This document shows positions 36,401 to 42,400 of a stretch of DNA of 64,000 nt, piece by piece. The notes under the pieces were generated by a model. The model was not told the origin of the DNA, did no database searches, and saw only the letters and a list, made by a program, of their open reading frames with translations. The position numbers and the translations under genes are program-made. The DNA comes from Candidatus Oxydemutator sp. (GTDB lineage: Bacteria; Pseudomonadota; Gammaproteobacteria; Poriferisulfidales; Oxydemutatoraceae): assembly GCA_965203445.1 (NCBI GenBank), contig OZ241883.1, forward strand, positions 672,001 to 736,000, in the 5' to 3' direction. The first letter of the stretch is position 1. The number at the start of each line of letters is the position of its first letter.

Positions 36401-39400
36401 CGCCGCCCAGGTCGTGGCCGATCGCGGCCAACTGCGACGTCGTCGCCACGTCTATCAAGTTGTCGTCATCAAAGTCGTAGTCTATCTCGTCGCTCGCCTC
36501 GACGGTGGTCATCACCGGAGCCGGCACGCCCAAACCCACGTGCGCGGGCGTCCCCGTGAGCCTCGCGCCCGTCAGCGAGACCACCAGGACCTCGGACAAC
36601 TCGGGCACGTCGTCATCTAGCACCGTCACCGAAAACGACGCGCTGACGGCGCCCGAGGCGATGACCACGTTGCCGCCGCTCGGGTTCACCGAGCCGCTTA
36701 CGGCCCAATCCCAACGCGCGCTCACTCCCGCCGGCAAGGCCAGAGGCAAACGCACCACGTAACTCGCAGTGTCGCCTTCCGACACCGTCGCGCTACCGGT
36801 GAGCACCGGCACAAAACTTACCCCCTGCGCCTGCTGCTGCGACGTGCGACGTGCCGCCTGCGTGTCGGTAGCGCCGCCGAACACCAACACCGGATAATCA
36901 AACACGCTGCCGAAATCCCACGGCGCGTCGTCGTTGTAGTCGCCGTCGTCTCCCTGATCCACGTCGTCCACGTTCAACCTGTCCCAACCGGCGTAGATCG
37001 TGCCCGTCGCCGTCGTCGGGACGCGCAACTCGCTCGACGTCTTCGAGGTGTTGTCCGGACTCGGCACGTTCGATCCGCAGCAGTCACTCTGGCCGCTGCG
37101 CTCGGCGTCAAAATAACTGGACTCCACCACGGCGCCGACTCTCCTGTTCCCTATCAAGCCGCCGACTATGCCGCTCCCCGTCGTTGCCCCGACCGAGTAA
37201 CTGGCGCTGACCACCGACGCGCCACCGGCTTCGCCCACCAGACCGCCCGCGTTGGCTCCCTCTGCATGCACCTCCACGTCGGCGTAACTCGCCACCAACC
37301 CGCCGTAATGACCCCCTACCAGACCGCCCACCGCCCATACGCCGGATATGCGACCGCCACTGACGTAACTCGCCGCCACCCGGCCTTCGTTGCGGCCCAC
37401 CAGCGCTCCTATATAAGTGCTATGAGCACCCAGGGACACCCGCGCGTTGCGCAAGCCCACGTTGCGGATCACGCCGACGGCGCTCACGGCGCCGAACAAG
37501 CCCGCGTGAGACAGCTGCTCATCGCTGATCATCCGCAGATTGCTGACGACGTGGCCGTTGCCTTCAAAAACGGCGGTGTAGTAATCCTCCTCCAGAAGGG
37601 TTTCGACCCCCCCGCCCAGCGGCGTCCAGCTCAAGCCGGACAAGTCCAGGTCGGCCGACAACTCGTAGCCGGTACACGTGCTGGGGCAGGTCTGCTTTTC
37701 ATCGAAAAGGGGAAACGCCGCAAAATAATCATCCTCGTTCGCATCGCTCACGCCCGCTATTCCGGCACCGCCCAGGTCGTGGCGGATCGCCGCCAACTGC
37801 GACGTCGTCGCCACCTCTATCAAGTTGTCGCCGTCGGCGTCGTAGTCTATCTCGTCGCTGAGCTCGATCTCCGTTGCCACCGCCCGGTGCCCGCCAAAAA
37901 TTATTCGGCCCCCAAAATCCGCCACGCTCGCGGTCACCTCGAATGATTCCGCATACTCCGGCTCTGCATCATCAAACACGTGAACCGAAAACGTCGTCCT
38001 GCTGCTGCCGGTCATGATAATCGCGGTGCCCGTTGGAAAATCCGACAGTGCCGTGGCCGCTTCGCCGGCGCTCCCGAAATCCCGCGCCTCGGCACCGTTC
38101 AACGGCGCCGGCGCAACGACCCAGCTCACCGTCACCGGATAGGGCACCTCCACGGACGCGGCCACCTGATACTCGACCGTATCGCCCTCCGCCGCCGACG
38201 CGGCCCCCGTCAAGGCCAGCGTTATCCCAAATTGCGACGAACGCTGCCTGGCAACGTCGCTGCCGCGCAACACCGGATAGTCGAAAGACGTGCCGAAGTC
38301 CCACGGATCGTCTTTGCCGTCCACGCCGGTGCCGACGTCGCCGTCCACGTCCACGTTCCAACCGGCGTAGATGCCGGTGTAGTCCGTCGGCGTCTGCAAT
38401 GCCCCGGTATCCATGCCGTCGCCAAGAGCGCTTGTACTCTGCCCGCTGAAAAACGTGTCCCAATAAACGTTCTCGACGCTGCTGAGAGCGTCCGCGTGTT
38501 CCCCGACCAGACCGCCGACGTCGCCGACCCCCGCGACCCTGCCCGCCGCGTAAGCGGCGACCAGCTGCCTGGCGTGGCCGCCGCCGGAAACCCCCGCCAG
38601 ACCGCCGACGCCACGCGTGCCGCTGACGGCGACCGACGCATACACCGCGATTACGTCGTCGCTTATCATTCCGGCCAGACCGCCGACCGCTTCCTCGCCG
38701 GAAACCGAACCGCCCGACGCATAGACCGTCGCCACCACCGTGCCGCTGCCGGCCCAACCCGCCACCGAACCGACCCGATTGCCGCCGGTAACGTCCACGC
38801 CGATCAAGCCGAGATTCTGAAACCCGCGCTCTACGACACCCCCGGCGCCTATGCGCGCGAACAGACCGACGTGATCCGAACCGGGGCGGTTGATGAACAG
38901 TCCCGAAACAACGTGGCCGCGGCCGTCGAAATCGCCGGCGTAGCCGGCGTCGCCGTCGCCGATGGGCGGCCAGCCAAAACCGCCGCGGGCGCGACCGAAG
39001 CGCGACGCGCCCAGATCAACGTCGCCGCGCAACGCGTAACCGGTGCAGGTCGAGGCGCAGCCCATGTCCGGCAACGCGTTCGGGAAGGCATTGGTATACG
39101 AGGACGCGTACGCCGGCCGATCGGGCACGCCGTCGCCGTCCAGATCCCAGCGTATCGCGTGCAACTGCGCGGCCGTGCGCACGTCTATCAGGTCGTCTTC
39201 GTCGTCGTCGTAGTCTCTGTGTTGCGCCGACGTCACCGAGGCGGTCGCGGGAAAGACCACCACGGCCGTGGCCGTCGTCGCCGTGAGCGACAGCGTGAAC
39301 CCGAGATCATCGAGCGGCGTAACCTCGAGGCAGTGGCGCGCGTCGTCGTCGCTGAACGGCCCCAGTTCGCGCACCGACAGCGCCGCCCTCGGCAGCGGCG

Positions 39401-42400
39401 GCGCGCCGGCGGCCGCCGCCTCCTCCTCGGCCACGCCCACCGTCAGGGTCAGCGGCCGCGTCGTCATCAGCGGAAGCGTGGCCGCGACGCACACCTCGCC
39501 CGGGAGGCCCCCGCGCATCGGGTAATCGTCGCGCTCGAAGCCGACCGTGGCCGCGTCGTCGTCCACTATGATCGTCTGCGTCGAGGCGCCGCCGTAGTCG
39601 AAGTCGGGCAGCAACGTGTAGAAAGGCGCGCCCGGGGCGGTCGGCGCCGTCGGCGTGGTTACCGACAGCAGCCGCGCAAAGATGGTCTCGTCCGGCTCGT
39701 TGCGATTGTCGTCGCAGACGATGAGGACGCCGATTGCGCCCAGGCCGGGTGAAACTCGCGTCGCGGTGCCGCGACGCGCGACGGGATCGTATCCCTCCGG
39801 CCACCGGTAATCGGCCGCACCGGAGCAGGAAGATCCGCCCTGCGCCGTTCCCCCGAGGGTATAGGTGAAGCGTGCGCCCGCTACCGACAGAGGTCTCGGA
39901 AGATAACCATTGCTGTCGAGGATATAGGGGAATTTATTCAGCTGTAGCCGGTGCGCTCGAAAGTTCGGGACGATACTTTCGCTCTCCGACTCATCCGTAG
40001 CTCCCATGTTTCCGGTGATCAGAGGCGGCACGTAGAGGGCTACACCGTTGACGAAGTACGACGCGGTCGCCGACGAGGGCGTGCCGATCAGCACGTTCGC
40101 GCTTGCCGGGCTCAGACGCAGCCGTACCCCGCTCCTCGTAGTGCTATCCCGCGTAATCTCGGCATTTAGGCGGATAAAAAACTCCGCCGTCGTCTGCCCG
40201 GGCGGGATGGTCACGCTGTAGCGTTGCGGCAACGCGGGCGGGTCGCCGTCCACGGATGAGGGCGGGCGGTCGCCCGCCACCGCGCCGCCTTCCCGGTCGA
40301 GAACGCGCACGCTCCCTCCTCCGAACGACAATGCGTCGTAAAACACCGTCGTCTCCGCGAACGCGGGGCGGTTCAGCGTGACCGTGAAATAGATCGGCCG
40401 AAGTATATCCAGCGCGTTCAGCTCCGAGCGCGCCGGGCGCGTCGGCCCGGTGATCGTAACCGTCGGCAGCCCGCCCGGCAGCTGCGCCTCGAGCTGGCGC
40501 GCGACGTCGTGGCCGCCGCTCTTCAGCACCGGATACCGGCCGTCGGCGCCGAAGTCCCACGGATCGTCCTTGCCGTCCACGCCGGTGCCGACGTCGCCGT
40601 CCACGTCCACGTTCCAACCGGCGTAGATGCCGGTGTAGTCCGTCGGCGTCTGCAACGCCCCGGTATCCATGCCGTCGCCAAGAGCGCTTGTACTCTGCCC
40701 GCTGAAAAACGTGTCCCAATAAACGTTCTCGACGCTGCTGAGAGCGTCCGCGTGTTCCCCGACCAGACCGCCGACGTCGCCGACCCCCGCGACCCTGCCC
40801 GCCGCGTAAGCGGCGACCAGCTGCCTGGCGTGGCCGCCGCCGGAAACCCCCGCCAGACCACCGACGCCACGCGTGCCGCTGACGGCGACCGACGCATACA
40901 CCGCGATTACGTCGTCGCTTATCATTCCGGCCAGACCGCCGACCGCTTCCTCGCCGGAAACCGAACCGCCCGACGCATAGACCGTCGCCACCACCGTGCC
41001 GCTGCCGGCCCAACCCGCCACCGAACCGACCCGATTGCCGCCGGTAACGTCCACGTTGATCAAGCCGAGATTCCGAAACCCGCGCTCTACGACACCCCCG
41101 GCGCCTAGGCGCGCGAACAGACCGACGTGATCCGAACCGGGGCGGTTGATGAACAGTCCCGAAACAACGTGGCCGCGGCCGTCGAAATCGCCGGCGTAGC
41201 CGGCGTCGCCGTCGCCGATGGGCGGCCAGCCAAAACCGCCGCGGGCGCGACCGAAGCGCGACGCGCCCAGATCAACGTCGCCGCGCAACGCGTAACCGGT
41301 GCAGGTCGAGGCGCAGCCCATGCCCGGCAACGCGTTCGAGAAGGCGTCGGTGTACGAGGACGCGTACGCCGGCCGATCGGGCACACCGTCGCCGTCCAGA
41401 TCCCAGCGTATCGCGTGCAACTGCGCGACCGTGCGCACGTCTATCAGGTCGTCTTCGTCGTCGTCGTAGTCCCTGGGTTGCGCCGACGTCACCGAGGCGG
41501 TCGCCGGGGAGACCACCACCGCCGTCGCCGTCATCGCCGCGAGCGACAGCGTGAATCCCAGCTCATCGAGCGGCGTAACCTCGAGGCAGTGGCGCGCGTC
41601 GTCGTCGCTGAACGGCCCCAGTTCGCGCACCGACAGCGCCGCCCTCGGCAGCGGCGGCGCGCCGACGGCGGCCGCCTCCTCCTCCTCGGCCACGCCCACC
41701 GTCAGGGTCAGCGGCCGCGTCGTCATCAGCGGAGGCGCGGCCACGACGCACACCTCGCCCGTGGCCCCTTGCCGTATCAGGTAGCCGTCGCGCTCGAAGC
41801 CGACCGTGGCCGCGTCGTCGTCCACTATGATCGTCTGCGTCGAGGCGTCGCTGTAGTCGAAGTCGGGCAGCAACGTGTAGAAAGGCGCGCCCGGGGCGGT
41901 CGGCGCCGTCGGCGTGGTTACCGACAGCAGCCGCGCAAAGATGGTCTCGTCCGGCTCGTTGCGATTGTCGTCGCAGACGATGAGGGCGCCGATTGCGCCC
42001 AGGCCGGGTGAAACTCCCGTCGCGGTGCCGCGACGCGCGACGGGGTCGTATCCCTCCGGCCACCGGTAATCGGCCGCGCCGGAGCAGGAAGACCCGCCCT
42101 GCGCCGTTCCCCCGAGGGTATAGGTAAAGCGTGCGCCCACCAGGAGGGGTCTCGGCAAATAGCTGATAAAGTCGAGGACATAGGGCACTTTATTCTCATG
42201 TACACGAAGCGCTCGAAAGCTCGGGGCGATACTTGCGCTCTCCGACTCATCCGTCGCTCTCACGATTCCGGTGATCAGAGGCGGCACGTAGTGGGCTATA
42301 CCGTTGACGAAGTACGACACCGTCGCCGACGACGGCGTGCCGATCAACACGTTCGCGCTTGCCGGGCTCAGACGCAGCCGTACCGTGGTCCTGGTAGTGC

